Assembly: GCA_965220625.1 (NCBI GenBank)
Contig: CBDCQN010000002.1
Location: forward strand, 136,753-200,752
Direction: 5' to 3'
DNA: 64,000 bases
Source: Dehalococcoidia bacterium
Lineage (GTDB): Bacteria > Chloroflexota > Dehalococcoidia > Lucifugimonadales > UBA3495
Shown one piece after another: positions 30,301 through 39,853 of this stretch; the stretch's first letter is position 1; each line of letters begins with the position of its first letter. The notes under the pieces were generated by a model, which was not told the origin of the DNA, did not search any database, and saw only the letters and a list, made by a program, of their open reading frames with translations. The translations under genes and the position numbers were made by a program.

Positions 30301-31669
30301 CCCGGCGCGACTGGCCGAAACCCTGTGCCTTCCAGATTCAGACGTCGGTTACGCGCTGGCCCGCCTGGAAGCCGATGGCGCCGTGCTCAGAGGAGAGTTC
30401 AGCGGCAACGACGGCGGCCAAGAGTTTTGCGACCGGCGCATACTGGCCCGCATCCACCGGTCTACCGTCACATCCCTTCGGGCCCAGGTCGAGCCTGTCC
30501 CGGCGGCAACATTTATACGTTTTCTCACCCAGTGGCAGCACGCCGACCTCGCCTGCCGGCTATCGGGCGAGGGCGGTCTGTTGGCTGTAATTGAAGAGTT
30601 GCAGGGATTCGAGTCCGCCGCCGGAGCAATCGAAGAAGAGGTGTTGAACGCGCGCCTCACCGATTTCAGCCCTACGGCGTTGGACCGGTTGTGCCTCGAA
30701 GGAGAAGTCGTTTGGGGCCGGACCTCTCCCGCCCGCAGGCCGGGCGGGGCCGGTGGGCTTTTGGGACTCGGTAACGGCCACCCTGCTCGAGCGGCCTTCA
30801 CCAAGTCAACGCCTGTAACCCTGGCGCTGCGGGAGTCGCTGGACTGGTTGTTGGATGCCGGGCCTTCGGACATGGCAGACCCCACCGGCGCCGCCCAAGA
30901 AACGCTGGAGTTCCTTTCCCAGCGGGGGGCATCGTTCCTGTCCGACATCGTGGCTGCGACGAAACGGCTGCCCAGCGATGTGGAAGAGGCAATTTGGAGC
31001 CTGGCGGCTTCCGGGCGGATAACCTCGGACGGGTTCGAGGCGGTCCGGCAGCGGGTCCGTGGAACGACCCGGCCCCGCCGCCCCGCTCGTTCTCCCCGGC
31101 CCCTCCGGGGGAACCTGCACCGCCGCCGCGGATTCAGCCGTTGGTGGGTGCTGGAGCCGCCGGACCCCGTAGAGGACCGCACCGAGGCCGTCGCCCGCCA
31201 ACTGCTCTCGCGTTACGGAATCGTATTTCCCGAGTTGCTGGCGCGGGACGCTCTGGCCTTGCGCTGGCGGGACCTGGTTCGGGTGCTGCGACGTTTGGAA
31301 GCGCGGGGAGAGGTGCGAGGGGGACGCTTCGTGTCCGGTTTCGTCGGGGAACAGTTTGCGTTGCCCGAAGCCGTGGACTTGCTCCGACGGGTCAAGGGCC
31401 AGGATGCCTCGGGGCGGTTCGTGTTGGTGTCAGCCTGCGACCCCTTGAACCTGGCGGGTATTCTGACGCCGGGAAGCCGCGTGGCGGCTGTGCCCGGCAA
31501 CCGGTTGGCCTACATGGACGGTGTGCCCATCGCGGCGATGGAGGGTGGTTCCCTCGTGCCGTTGTCCAACGCCGGCCATCCTGGGCTGGAGCGGGCCCGT
31601 CAACTTCTTGGCGTCCCCTTGACCCACGCGGCCTACCAATTGGAGACGGAAAATCTCGCGACTGCGTGA
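27305..31669 (+). CDS. lhr: ATP-dependent helicase Lhr (long form with C-terminal extension)
   Basis: FHPVIRQWF, Walker A APTGSGKTLAAF, DEIH box, SAT-like LSAT, QRVGRSGH, then about 900 aa of Lhr WH/domain-4/CTD-like sequence. Start at MPTSQFHP (27305). Confidence 0.9.
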   Translation: MPTSQFHPVIRQWFEERFGQPTEAQAQGWPAVAQARHTLIAAPTGSGKTLAAFLTCIDGLVRQGLDGELPDTTQVVYVSPLKALSNDIKKNLETPLREISQLAAGKGTPLPEIRAAVRTGDTPASERQKMAKKPPHILITTPESLYILLTSRSGRSGLSGVRTLILDEIHAVADDKRGAHLALSVERLCALAEQPVVRIGLSATQRPIDEVGRFLVGNDHIGADGTPDCLIVDTGHAREIDLAIQLPERELGPIASHETWGEALDWVANLVQSHETTLVFVNTRRLVERVAHQLSDRLGEDAVVAHHGSLSRAIRLTAEEKLKTGQVRVCVATASLELGIDIGVVDLVCQIGSPRSIGVLLQRVGRSGHTVGGTPKGRLFPLTRDELAECVALCRAVRRGNLDTLAVPPWPLDVLSQQMVAACAQEEWTEDDLYLLSTRAYPYRDLPREKFDQVVHIQSDGIASRQGRRTGFLHRDGVNHRVKGRRGAPLAAMTSGGAIPDNADYDVIAEPDDTFVGTVNEDFAIESLKGDVFLLGNTAWKIRRVEYGRVRVEDAQGQPPTIPFWLGEAPGRTWELSDEVSELREAIDQRLAEPATAQNWVVSEAGVNEEASRQLVAYLAEGKRVLGLVPTKRRVVAERFFDESGGMQLVIHAPLGSRINRAWGLALRKRICRSFDFELQASATDDGLNFSLSPGVSIPVEEVFGYLTPGTVEDVLTQAILQSPVFGTRWRWNATRALAILRFSGGRKVPPPLQRMWSDDLLAAVFPAQVACQDNNTAGDVEIPDHPLVFETVRDCLTEAMDLDGCREVLAGIQRGEIEVFGRDTVQPSAFSHQILNAMPYAFLDDAPLEERRARAVSLRRALPDDARDLARLDPAAILRETANAWPRIRDADELHDALLTLGLLALGAPLVNRSGPDAGQVESWLHELSATGRAYRLLLTGHMEAWAAAERLPLVRAAFAEVDFGSAVGEADGPSQITRDDAVLALVQGWTECTGPFTPARLAETLCLPDSDVGYALARLEADGAVLRGEFSGNDGGQEFCDRRILARIHRSTVTSLRAQVEPVPAATFIRFLTQWQHADLACRLSGEGGLLAVIEELQGFESAAGAIEEEVLNARLTDFSPTALDRLCLEGEVVWGRTSPARRPGGAGGLLGLGNGHPARAAFTKSTPVTLALRESLDWLLDAGPSDMADPTGAAQETLEFLSQRGASFLSDIVAATKRLPSDVEEAIWSLAASGRITSDGFEAVRQRVRGTTRPRRPARSPRPLRGNLHRRRGFSRWWVLEPPDPVEDRTEAVARQLLSRYGIVFPELLARDALALRWRDLVRVLRRLEARGEVRGGRFVSGFVGEQFALPEAVDLLRRVKGQDASGRFVLVSACDPLNLAGILTPGSRVAAVPGNRLAYMDGVPIAAMEGGSLVPLSNAGHPGLERARQLLGVPLTHAAYQLETENLATA

Positions 31670-31797
31670 GGTCGGCCAACGGGGCGAAAGTAGCCAACCG
31701 TTCCAGTATCTATACGCAATCTGCCAATCTTTCCAGGCGTGTCAACTCTCCACGTGAATTGAAAAAGCGGTCACTGCTATGCTAACTTGGAACCGCA

Positions 31798-33585
31798 GTG
31801 TCCAACTTCCGCTTTTCTCCCAATTCAAACCGGGCCCATTTCATCGACTGGCAGCCTTGGACGCCGGAGACTTTCGCCCGTGCCCAGGATGCAGACAAGC
31901 CGGTGCTTCTCTCTATTTCCGCTGTCTGGTGCTACTGGTGCCACGTCATGGACGACACCAGCTACTCCGACCCGGACGTACAAGCGATACTCGATCGGGA
32001 CTTCGTTGCAGTCCGCGTCGACAATGACCATCGGCCTGACATCAACTCCCGTTACAACGTGGGTGGCTGGCCCACCACAGCGTTCTTGACTCCCCACGGC
32101 GGACTCGTCGGCGGGGCGACTTACCTGCCGCCCGACCAGTTCCTGGCCATGCTGTCGGAGCTCAAGGAGGCTTACCGCGCGGACAAACCCCAGCTATACA
32201 CCCAGGCGCGAGAACTGCTTCACCGCCGCAGGGAGCAGTCCCGGCGGTTCGCGGCGGGCCATGAAATGGACACGGGCTTGAGCGACCGCATCGCGCGGAC
32301 CGTCGCTGGCGCCTACGATCCGCTGAACGGCGGGTTCGGCGAGGAGCCCAAGTTCTCCAATCCCGGGATTCTTCGATTCGTCATTCATATGCTCCGCACC
32401 ACCGGAGAAGATTTTTACGCCGCCATGGTGCGTAAGACCCTGGACCAGATGGCCGGTTCGCCGGTCCGCGACACCACCGACGGCGGCTTCTTCAGGCACG
32501 CGGCCCAAGCTGACTGGTCGGACCCGCAGCGGGAAAAGCTACTGGAAGACAACCTGAGCCTGGCCCGGTGCTATCTGGACGCTTGGTTGTTGTTGGATGA
32601 GCCCCGCTACCGCGCCGTGGCGGAAGAGACCATCGATTATGTGTTGGACCAATTGTACGATCCGGCAGCCCCGGGGTTCCGGGGCAGCCAGGGAGCCCAT
32701 TCCGCCTATTTTGCCCTGCCTGCGCCGGAACGGATGAAGACGGGGCCGCCACCTCCCGACCCCTCGTGCTACATTAGCGGCAATGGGCTGGCCGCCGCCG
32801 TGCTGCTGGACGCTTCATGGAAGCTGGGACGAGAGGACCTGGCCGATACCGCCCTGACGGTCTTGGAACGCCTGCATGAAATGTCGGCGCAGAACGTATT
32901 CAGCCACGTTTATACCGAGGAGGGCGCTGGGGAAGGTCCGGCGTTTTTGGCCGACTGGGCCTGGCTCCTGACCGGTATGGTGCAGGCCCACTCCAGCACC
33001 GCGCGGCCGGTGTACCTTGATCGCGCGGTGGAAACCGCGAGGATATTGGTCGACAAATTCTTCGACAGCGAGAGGGGTGGGTTTTTCGACATCGAGGCCG
33101 ACGAGCAGGCGTTGGGACACATGCAGGTCCGGGAGAAGCCATTGGCCGAAAACGTGGCGGCGGTAGAGGCGTTGGTCCGCCTGTATCAGGTCACTCGCAA
33201 TGAGGACTACCGGCAGCTCTGCGAGGTTACCCTGAGCGCCTTCGTCGATACCTATCGGGAGCAAGGAGAGTTCGCCGCCGAGTACGGTCTGGCCATCCGG
33301 CTCTTCAAGAACCCGGTGGTGGAGGTTACCGTGGAGGGCCGCCCCGGTGACGCCTCCTGCCGTGACTTGCTCCAAGCGGCGGCGCGGCTGCCCAATCCCA
33401 ATCTGGATATCAAGACCGTTCGGACGTTGACGGATGACAGCCGGGCCCGTGCCCACGTTTGCCTGGACACGGTATGCTTGCCACCCGTGGATAGCGCCGA
33501 CGCTTTGGCCGAGGCGGTATCCGCGCTGTCCTCGCCCCAGGCCAGCCCTTTCGACGATATCCTGAAAATATTCCCCGGCGCCTAG
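31798..33585 (+). CDS. thioredoxin-domain (DUF255) / six-hairpin glycosidase-like protein (YyaL/SSP411 family)
   Basis: W.PW..E.F..A...DKP.LLSI....C.WCHVM, then an (alpha/alpha)6-like body. GTG start. Confidence 0.85.
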   Translation: MSNFRFSPNSNRAHFIDWQPWTPETFARAQDADKPVLLSISAVWCYWCHVMDDTSYSDPDVQAILDRDFVAVRVDNDHRPDINSRYNVGGWPTTAFLTPHGGLVGGATYLPPDQFLAMLSELKEAYRADKPQLYTQARELLHRRREQSRRFAAGHEMDTGLSDRIARTVAGAYDPLNGGFGEEPKFSNPGILRFVIHMLRTTGEDFYAAMVRKTLDQMAGSPVRDTTDGGFFRHAAQADWSDPQREKLLEDNLSLARCYLDAWLLLDEPRYRAVAEETIDYVLDQLYDPAAPGFRGSQGAHSAYFALPAPERMKTGPPPPDPSCYISGNGLAAAVLLDASWKLGREDLADTALTVLERLHEMSAQNVFSHVYTEEGAGEGPAFLADWAWLLTGMVQAHSSTARPVYLDRAVETARILVDKFFDSERGGFFDIEADEQALGHMQVREKPLAENVAAVEALVRLYQVTRNEDYRQLCEVTLSAFVDTYREQGEFAAEYGLAIRLFKNPVVEVTVEGRPGDASCRDLLQAAARLPNPNLDIKTVRTLTDDSRARAHVCLDTVCLPPVDSADALAEAVSALSSPQASPFDDILKIFPGA

Positions 33586-33687
33586 TCTTGGAGCGGGCGG
33601 CGGGGTTCCCGTCGGCCTTGCATATACGAAACCAACGAAAACAACCGGAGACTAACGTAAACTAACGTTTGCTCAGGAGGACTCTGC

Positions 33688-35478
33688 GTGCTGCGTAGCA
33701 CGGAATGCGGGACCCTCGGATTGGACGACTCCGACGCCTCGGTCACACTGGCCGGTTGGGTCGACCGGCGCCGGGATCACGGCGGCATAATATTCCTGGA
33801 CCTGCGGGACCGTTCCGGGACCGTTCAGGTGGTGGCCAACCCTGAACTATCGGCCGGCGCCGCCCAGGTGGGCGAAACCCTGCGCCAAGAATGGGTGGTG
33901 CAGGTAAAGGGAACTGTCCGGCAGCGGCCCGCCGGAAGCGAGAACCCGGCCATGTCGACCGGAGACGTCGAGGTCATGGCCGATGAGATCACAGTATTGA
34001 ACCGTTCCCTCACTCCGCCTTTCTACATCTCCGACGACGCGGGGGCCGACGAGGGGCTGAGACTGAGATACCGTTACCTGGACCTGCGGCGTCAACCGAT
34101 GCTCGACAACCTCGTGCTGCGGCACAAGGTGGTCAAGTACATACGGGACTTTCTGGACTCCCGTGGATTTCTGGAAATCGAGACGCCCATCCTGCTGAAG
34201 AGCACGCCCGAAGGCGCACGGGACTTTCTGGTCCCCAGCAGGCTCCAACCGGGCAACTTCTACGCCCTGCCCCAATCGCCCCAGCAACTGAAGCAGTTGC
34301 TGATGGTCGCCGGGGTCGACAAATATTTCCAAATCGCACGATGCTTTCGCGATGAAGATATGAGAGCGGACCGTCAACCGGAGTTCACCCAGCTGGACCT
34401 GGAGATGAGTTTCGTCGAGGAAAACGACGTGCTCGACCTCACGGAAGAGTTGTATACCGGGCTGGTGACGGCGGTGGCGCCGGGGAAGAAGCTCGCCACT
34501 CCGTTCCACAGGTTGAGCCACGCCGAGGCGATGGAGCGCTACGCTTCGGACAAGCCCGACCTTCGCTTCGGACTGGAGATCACCGACGTTACCGGCCTGG
34601 CGGCCGAAACCGAGTTCCGGGTGTTTCTTACCACAGCCGAGACCGGGGGACGGATCAGAGGGTTCGTGGCCCCGGGACTGGCCCACTACACTACCTCCCA
34701 AGTGCGGGAATTGGAGGCCTTGGCCAAGGAAGCGGGAGCCGGCGGGCTGAGCCACATTCGTTACCGCGGCGCCGGTCCCGTCGGCGAGCAGCGGGAGGAC
34801 GAGGTGCTCCAGTCGGCAGGCCTGAGGATGCCGGTAGAGTGGCACGAACGCCTCGCTGGCGCGATGGGAGCCGGCCCGGGGGACATGGTCCTGTTGATGG
34901 CCGGGAAGGAGCCGGGAATCAGCCACTGGCTGAACGCCGTCCGGACCCACATGGGTGAATCGCTGGGCCTGGCCGACCCCGACGAACTGGCTTTCGCCTT
35001 CGTCACCGAATTCCCTCTCTTCGAATGGAGCGCCGACGGCAACCGCTGGGACTCCTCGCACCATCCGTTCACCGCGCCGGGCGACGGCGAGGAGGGCCGA
35101 TTGGAGGGCGAGGACCTTTCCGGCATCAGGTCCAAGGCCTACGACCTCGTCTGCAACGGGTCGGAGTTGGCCAGCGGAAGCATCCGGATTCATCGCCGGG
35201 AATTGCAGGAGAGGGTGTTCGCCATCCTGGGGTACACCCGGGAAGAGGTTAACGAACGGTTCGGCCAGATTCTGGAGGCCTTCGATTACGGCGCGCCCCC
35301 TCACGGTGGGATCGCTCCCGGCATAGACCGGCTGGTGGCCATCCTGGCCGGCGCCAGGTCGATCCGGGATGTCATTGCCTTTCCCAAAACCCAGAACGGG
35401 TCGGACCTTTTGTTCAATTCGCCGGCGCCGGTAGAACCCGCCCAATTGACCGACCTGGGTTTGCGCTTGGCCGAGTAA
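33688..35478 (+). CDS. aspS: aspartate--tRNA ligase (bacterial type)
   Basis: LAGWV.RRRDHGG.IF.DLRDR.G..Q.V, FYALPQSPQ, QIARCFRDED.RADRQPEFTQLD, GG.A.G.DR. AGGAGG SD before the GTG start. Confidence 0.95.
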   Translation: MLRSTECGTLGLDDSDASVTLAGWVDRRRDHGGIIFLDLRDRSGTVQVVANPELSAGAAQVGETLRQEWVVQVKGTVRQRPAGSENPAMSTGDVEVMADEITVLNRSLTPPFYISDDAGADEGLRLRYRYLDLRRQPMLDNLVLRHKVVKYIRDFLDSRGFLEIETPILLKSTPEGARDFLVPSRLQPGNFYALPQSPQQLKQLLMVAGVDKYFQIARCFRDEDMRADRQPEFTQLDLEMSFVEENDVLDLTEELYTGLVTAVAPGKKLATPFHRLSHAEAMERYASDKPDLRFGLEITDVTGLAAETEFRVFLTTAETGGRIRGFVAPGLAHYTTSQVRELEALAKEAGAGGLSHIRYRGAGPVGEQREDEVLQSAGLRMPVEWHERLAGAMGAGPGDMVLLMAGKEPGISHWLNAVRTHMGESLGLADPDELAFAFVTEFPLFEWSADGNRWDSSHHPFTAPGDGEEGRLEGEDLSGIRSKAYDLVCNGSELASGSIRIHRRELQERVFAILGYTREEVNERFGQILEAFDYGAPPHGGIAPGIDRLVAILAGARSIRDVIAFPKTQNGSDLLFNSPAPVEPAQLTDLGLRLAE

Positions 35479-35502
35479 ATTCCCGGGCTATACCAGAGCG
35501 AA

Positions 35503-35545
35503 AAAGGAATGGGCCTGCGGTGTTCCACCGCAGGCCCATTCCTTT
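35503..35545. terminator. bidirectional intrinsic terminator hairpin between convergent aspS and fbp
   Basis: Perfect 20-bp inverted repeat AAAGGAATGGGCCTGCGGTG-TTC-CACCGCAGGCCCATTCCTTT, with A-run and T-run flanks on either strand. Confidence 0.7.
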
Positions 35546-35575
35546 CGGGCGCCAAATCGGCGGGTGTGAAGCCGG

Positions 35576-36757
35576 TTAATCGTCTGCGGCCCCCGCCTTT
35601 TCCGGTATCGCAGCTTCCTCGACCTTGCCGTTCCGGAAAGCGAACCGGTCCACCAGGTCGCCGATACTCGTGCGGAAGCCGGAGTATTCCAGCTCGTTGT
35701 AGGGGAGCATCGCCGCGCCGGACCAGCCTTGGGAGCGCATCTGGATGGCCTTTTCTTGGGCCAACTGACGAGTATAGTCCCAAGCCGGGTTGTCGAAAAA
35801 GTCGGCGAAGGAATCGGAGAAATAGCCTCCCGCGTTGAGGGAAAACCCGATGCAGGACACCAGCGGCAGGCAGTACATTCCGGTAACCGCGGTATTGATG
35901 GCCACCGGCATGAGAGGCATCACGTGAGAGCCACGGGCATCGCCTCCGATGAAGTGGGCCTTGGCGTAGGGGGAGATCAGTTCCTCAGGAGCGGGGAAAA
36001 CTCCTTGGTTGCGCACCAAGGCAACCGGGTCGTCCTTGCCCGTATAGGTGCCGGCGATGTTGTGCATGCGGGTGGCAGACACGGCCGCCGCCGTCTGACC
36101 GGTGTGGCGAGAGACGATGCTGTCGATGCCAAACCGCTCGTTGTCCCGTAACAGTACCGTTATCTTGTAGTAGTCCTCTGGAGCGTTTAAGGAGATCAGG
36201 CTGTCGCCGCCCGTGTTGTCCATGTCGATGATGTTGAATGTGAAGCCTTCGTTCAGGCGAGGCAGCATGAGTCCGGCGCAGTACATAGGATCGGCGAATC
36301 CCAGGAACAACGGCAGGTTGTACGCTCCGGGCCCGCATTTATCGGCAGCCAGCACCATGAAGGACTCCGCCGGCCGTATCCGGTTGGTCTTGACCGGGTC
36401 GTGGTCCCACTCGATCTCCGCGACCGCCGGACCGGCGCCGCGGATGTTGCCGGAGGGAGCGTCGGCCAACAGGTCCTGCCCGGCGCCGTAAAGCCCGTAT
36501 TGGCTGGCGACATCGGTGGCATTCAGGAAGGCGTTCCAAGCAAATTGGTGTACATCCGTGTCGTTTTCACCTCTGGTGTGGGAGGTAACTATACAAATGT
36601 CGTCACCGGTATGGCCCACGAAGGCGTCGATGAGCAGGCCGCGGCCGATGGCGGCTGCGACGTCGGACTTTACTGAATCGAGCATACGGTCCGAAGGCTT
36701 GGTGTGACCGCCAATCGAACCCACGTCTGCCTTAAGTATGGATAGCGTTGTTTTCAT
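35576..36757 (-). CDS. fbp: fructose-1,6-bisphosphate aldolase/phosphatase (class V FBPase)
   Basis: MKTTLSILKADVGSIGGHT..., HTGDDI...SH..G, GLYGAGQDLL, GPAVAE: hallmark of the archaeal-type bifunctional FBP A/P. GAGGAGG SD before the ATG at 36757. The ORF opens at 36913. Confidence 0.9.
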   Translation of the reverse strand: MKTTLSILKADVGSIGGHTKPSDRMLDSVKSDVAAAIGRGLLIDAFVGHTGDDICIVTSHTRGENDTDVHQFAWNAFLNATDVASQYGLYGAGQDLLADAPSGNIRGAGPAVAEIEWDHDPVKTNRIRPAESFMVLAADKCGPGAYNLPLFLGFADPMYCAGLMLPRLNEGFTFNIIDMDNTGGDSLISLNAPEDYYKITVLLRDNERFGIDSIVSRHTGQTAAAVSATRMHNIAGTYTGKDDPVALVRNQGVFPAPEELISPYAKAHFIGGDARGSHVMPLMPVAINTAVTGMYCLPLVSCIGFSLNAGGYFSDSFADFFDNPAWDYTRQLAQEKAIQMRSQGWSGAAMLPYNELEYSGFRTSIGDLVDRFAFRNGKVEEAAIPEKAGAADD

Positions 36758-37023
36758 GTCCCTCCTCGTCTTCCTGTCTATTCGCAAATGATCAGGCCCA
36801 GTTGACGCTAACATCTTAACACGCAGGCTAACTTCCGTGCCCCCAGAAGTCCGACGCCGGCCTGAAACCACGTTCCCTCCGCTACGAAAGCCAACCCCGG
36901 GCGCGGCCGCCATGGGAATCGTTACATGGGCGTTGCTTCAAGCACGAATATGGGTGTATATTCAGAGATAGTCTACCGATTGCCACAACTTTCGAGCTTG
37001 GAAGAAAAGACCTCTCTCTCCTG

Positions 37024-37971
37024 ATGAGCACGATTCTCCCTTATCTGCTTGTCCTGTTCTTGGCGGTCTGGACTGCCAAGGTTGCAATGTCGCGGGGTCG
37101 AAACCCGTGGATTTGGGGTGGCGCGGCCCTGTTGTTGGGCCTGTTGCCATGGAACTTCCTCGGCGTATTACCCCTTCTGCTCATGCTTTTCATGCCCCGG
37201 ACGAACGTCGATCCCCAGACAAGGCTCCAAAGGTTCGCCTGCTCCAAGTGCGCCAACACGCACCGGGCCGGCCAGCGTTTTTGCACTAATTGCGGCTGGG
37301 ACCTGACTGAGGTTTACACACCGGAGGGTACCGAGCACTACACCATCCCCGCCCCCGTGGCTCCCATGGTCGAGGATTCCATTGCGGGCGTGGAGACTGC
37401 GGCGGCCAGGTCCGCGGATGCGTCTGCGGTACGGGAGGTCGAGCCGTCCCCCATCGAAGAATCCCGGCCGGTAATAGCCCAGTCCGTCGAAGCCCCCCCG
37501 ACGGCGGAAGAGGCTCGTCCGGCAACTGCTCAAGCCGCCGATGCCGCCGACCCGGCAATGGCGCAAACGGCCCAACCCATCCCGCCGGCCACGGAACCCG
37601 GACCCGCTCCGGGCCAACCTGCGGAGGCGGCCCCAGCGACGGCGGAACCTGGACCGGTTATGGCGCAAGCCGCCGAAGCCCGGCCCGCTGATCAAGCCGA
37701 CGGGGCGTTGACCCCGGAGCCATGGGGCGTACCGACACCAGGGGCCCCGCCCACTGCCGCCACCATGACCGCCCGCGGCATGAGGCTGTTTAACGACGGC
37801 AGGACCCAGGAAGCAATCGACCAGTTCACCAAAGCCATCGCCTTGGACCCCAGCTTTCCAGAAGCCTGGGAACGCCGCGCCGAAGCCTATTCGAAGCAAG
37901 GCAGGGGCGAGGCCGCCGACGCCGACCGCCTGATATTGAGCGGGTTGAACGCGACTTCGTCGCCCGGATAG
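37024..37971 (+). CDS. membrane-anchored zinc-ribbon / Pro-Ala-rich repeat / TPR protein
   Basis: Two N-terminal TM helices. CSKC....R.GQRFCTNCG zinc ribbon. Low-complexity repeats (..PVIAQS..,..PAMAQTA..,..PVMAQAA..). C-terminal TPR (A..F..AIALDP...AW..RA.AY...G). Confidence 0.7.
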   Translation: MSTILPYLLVLFLAVWTAKVAMSRGRNPWIWGGAALLLGLLPWNFLGVLPLLLMLFMPRTNVDPQTRLQRFACSKCANTHRAGQRFCTNCGWDLTEVYTPEGTEHYTIPAPVAPMVEDSIAGVETAAARSADASAVREVEPSPIEESRPVIAQSVEAPPTAEEARPATAQAADAADPAMAQTAQPIPPATEPGPAPGQPAEAAPATAEPGPVMAQAAEARPADQADGALTPEPWGVPTPGAPPTAATMTARGMRLFNDGRTQEAIDQFTKAIALDPSFPEAWERRAEAYSKQGRGEAADADRLILSGLNATSSPG

Positions 37972-38019
37972 CCCGACTCGTCGAATCAGGACTGGAAACA
38001 CGGCCCCGCGCACCACAAG

Positions 38020-38052
38020 GAAAGACCGCCAAACGGCGGTCATTTTCTTTCG
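38020..38052 (+). terminator. intrinsic terminator after the TPR protein gene
   Basis: GACCGCC-AAAC-GGCGGTC stem-loop followed by ATTTTCTTTC. Confidence 0.5.
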
Positions 38053-38074
38053 AGACCGCTCGCCTGGCGGCAGC

Positions 38075-38848
38075 TCAGATGGCCATGATATGGTAGCCGG
38101 CGTCCACCGGGATGATGGTCCCGGTGATACCGCTGGAAAGAGGGCTGCAGAGAAAAAGGGCGGTGTTGGCGACCTCATCTGCCGTGATGTTCCGTTGCAG
38201 GGGCGCTCGTTCGGCGTGGATGTGGCGCATTTCCCGGAAGCCGCTGATGCCGCGGGCGGCCAGGGTTTCCAGCGGTCCGGCGGATATGGCGTTGACCCGG
38301 ATGTTATCCGGCCCGAACTCCGAAGCCAACTGGCGAACGCTGTTCTCCAACGCCGCTTTCGCCGTTCCCATCACGTTGTACCCCGGATACACCCGCTGGG
38401 AGGCGTCGAAAGTCATCGCGACCACGCTGCCGCCGCCGGTCATCAGAGGCGCGGCGCGGCGCACCAAGGGCAGCAACGAATAGGCGCTCACTTCCATGGC
38501 TATGCGGAACCCTTCCCTCCCCGTCTCGGAGAAGCGGCCGCTGAGGTCTTCCCGGTTGGCATAGGCTATGCTGTGAACCAAGAATGAAATGTCCCCGAAC
38601 TCCTGACCCAGCGCCTGGAAAACGTGGTCGATTTCCTCATCGTTTGTGGCGTCGCACGGCAGGAGCAACGGGTTGTCCAATGTCCCCGACAGACTCTCCA
38701 CCCGCTGCTTCAATCGTTCGCCCTGATAGGTCAGGGCCAGGCGGGCGCCGGCCTGGGAAAGGGATTCGGTAATAGCCCAAGCAATGCTGCGCTCATTGGC
38801 CACACCGAAGACGATTCCTTTCTGGCCCGAAAGGTCGATGGGAAGCAA
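38075..38848 (-). CDS. fabI: enoyl-[acyl-carrier-protein] reductase (NADH), FabI
   Basis: GKGIVFGVANERSIAW.I...L...GA.LA.TYQGE, Y..MG.AKAALE, GP..T.AA.GI: canonical FabI. Confidence 0.9.
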   Translation of the reverse strand: MLPIDLSGQKGIVFGVANERSIAWAITESLSQAGARLALTYQGERLKQRVESLSGTLDNPLLLPCDATNDEEIDHVFQALGQEFGDISFLVHSIAYANREDLSGRFSETGREGFRIAMEVSAYSLLPLVRRAAPLMTGGGSVVAMTFDASQRVYPGYNVMGTAKAALENSVRQLASEFGPDNIRVNAISAGPLETLAARGISGFREMRHIHAERAPLQRNITADEVANTALFLCSPLSSGITGTIIPVDAGYHIMAI

Positions 38849-38887
38849 AGCGTCTCCTCGTCGTTCGCCCCGACCGGGCGGCCGGCG

Positions 38888-39853
38888 TTACGTAAAGTGG
38901 GGAGCGACTTTTTCCAGGAAGACGTCCAGTTGTCGTTCCGGATTATATGTCGCCAGTCTGACCACCAGGGTTCGGGCCCCGGCGTCGGCGTACTCCGCCA
39001 TCCGCTCCGCTACCCTCTCGGTCCCGCCGAATGGGCCCCACCGCGTACCCCAGATTTCGGCCCCGTAGTAGGCGGTAAGGAAATCTTCGGCGTCTCTCCG
39101 GCCCCGGTCCAAGTCGGAGTCCACGTTTACCGTGAGGTAGAACGTCTGGTCGAAATGGGCCGGGTCTCGACCTAACTCGGCCGCCTTGGCCTCGACTTGG
39201 GCGATAACCTGAGAGAATTCGTCGGGCGTGTCGGAAATGGCGATGATGCCGTCGGAAAGCCGGGCCGCCCGGTCGATCTGGGCCGGCCGCCCAGCGCGGT
39301 AGTGGGTAGCCATCAGTACGGGTATCCCGCCCGGCTGAGTTGTCGACGGCCGCATCGTCACTGCGTCGAAATCGAAATGGCGTCCCTTGAAATCGTAGGG
39401 CTCTCCCGGGCCCAGCCCTTTGACAACTTCGACGATTTCTTCAAACCGGCGGGCCCGACGGGTCGGATCGACGCCCGCGGCCTTCCATTCTCCCCGCTGC
39501 TCGTCGTTGAAAGCGCCGCCCACGCCGGCGCCGATGATCAAACGGCCCCCAGAGATCAAATCGACGGTGGCCATGGTCTGGGCCAGCAGGACCGGATGCC
39601 GCAGCGCCGGCAGCAACACCGCCGTCCCGAGACGGACCCGGCTGGTGCGGGCCGCGATGGCTCCCAGGGCCGCCAGGGGTTCCAAACGTGGTTTGGCCAC
39701 CAGGCTGTCGCCAACCCAGACGGAGTCCAGGCCCGCAGCCTCGACTCTCTCGGCCATGCGCAGGATCCGGTCGGCGTTTGCTGGCTGCTCGCCGCCCAGC
39801 AGCAGGCCCCTGGTGGGCAACAGTACGCCGATTTTAGGCTTATCGATATTCAC
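38888..39853 (-). CDS. LLM-class (luciferase-like) flavin/F420-dependent oxidoreductase
   Basis: AE.AG.DS.WV.D....PR.EP...L.A.AA.T.R..LGT.V, GR...G.G.G luciferase-like TIM-barrel pattern. Start proposed at the GTG 39853 (VNIDKPKIG). The ORF opens at 39985. Sits inside the F420 biosynthesis cluster. Confidence 0.8.
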   Translation of the reverse strand: MNIDKPKIGVLLPTRGLLLGGEQPANADRILRMAERVEAAGLDSVWVGDSLVAKPRLEPLAALGAIAARTSRVRLGTAVLLPALRHPVLLAQTMATVDLISGGRLIIGAGVGGAFNDEQRGEWKAAGVDPTRRARRFEEIVEVVKGLGPGEPYDFKGRHFDFDAVTMRPSTTQPGGIPVLMATHYRAGRPAQIDRAARLSDGIIAISDTPDEFSQVIAQVEAKAAELGRDPAHFDQTFYLTVNVDSDLDRGRRDAEDFLTAYYGAEIWGTRWGPFGGTERVAERMAEYADAGARTLVVRLATYNPERQLDVFLEKVAPHFT

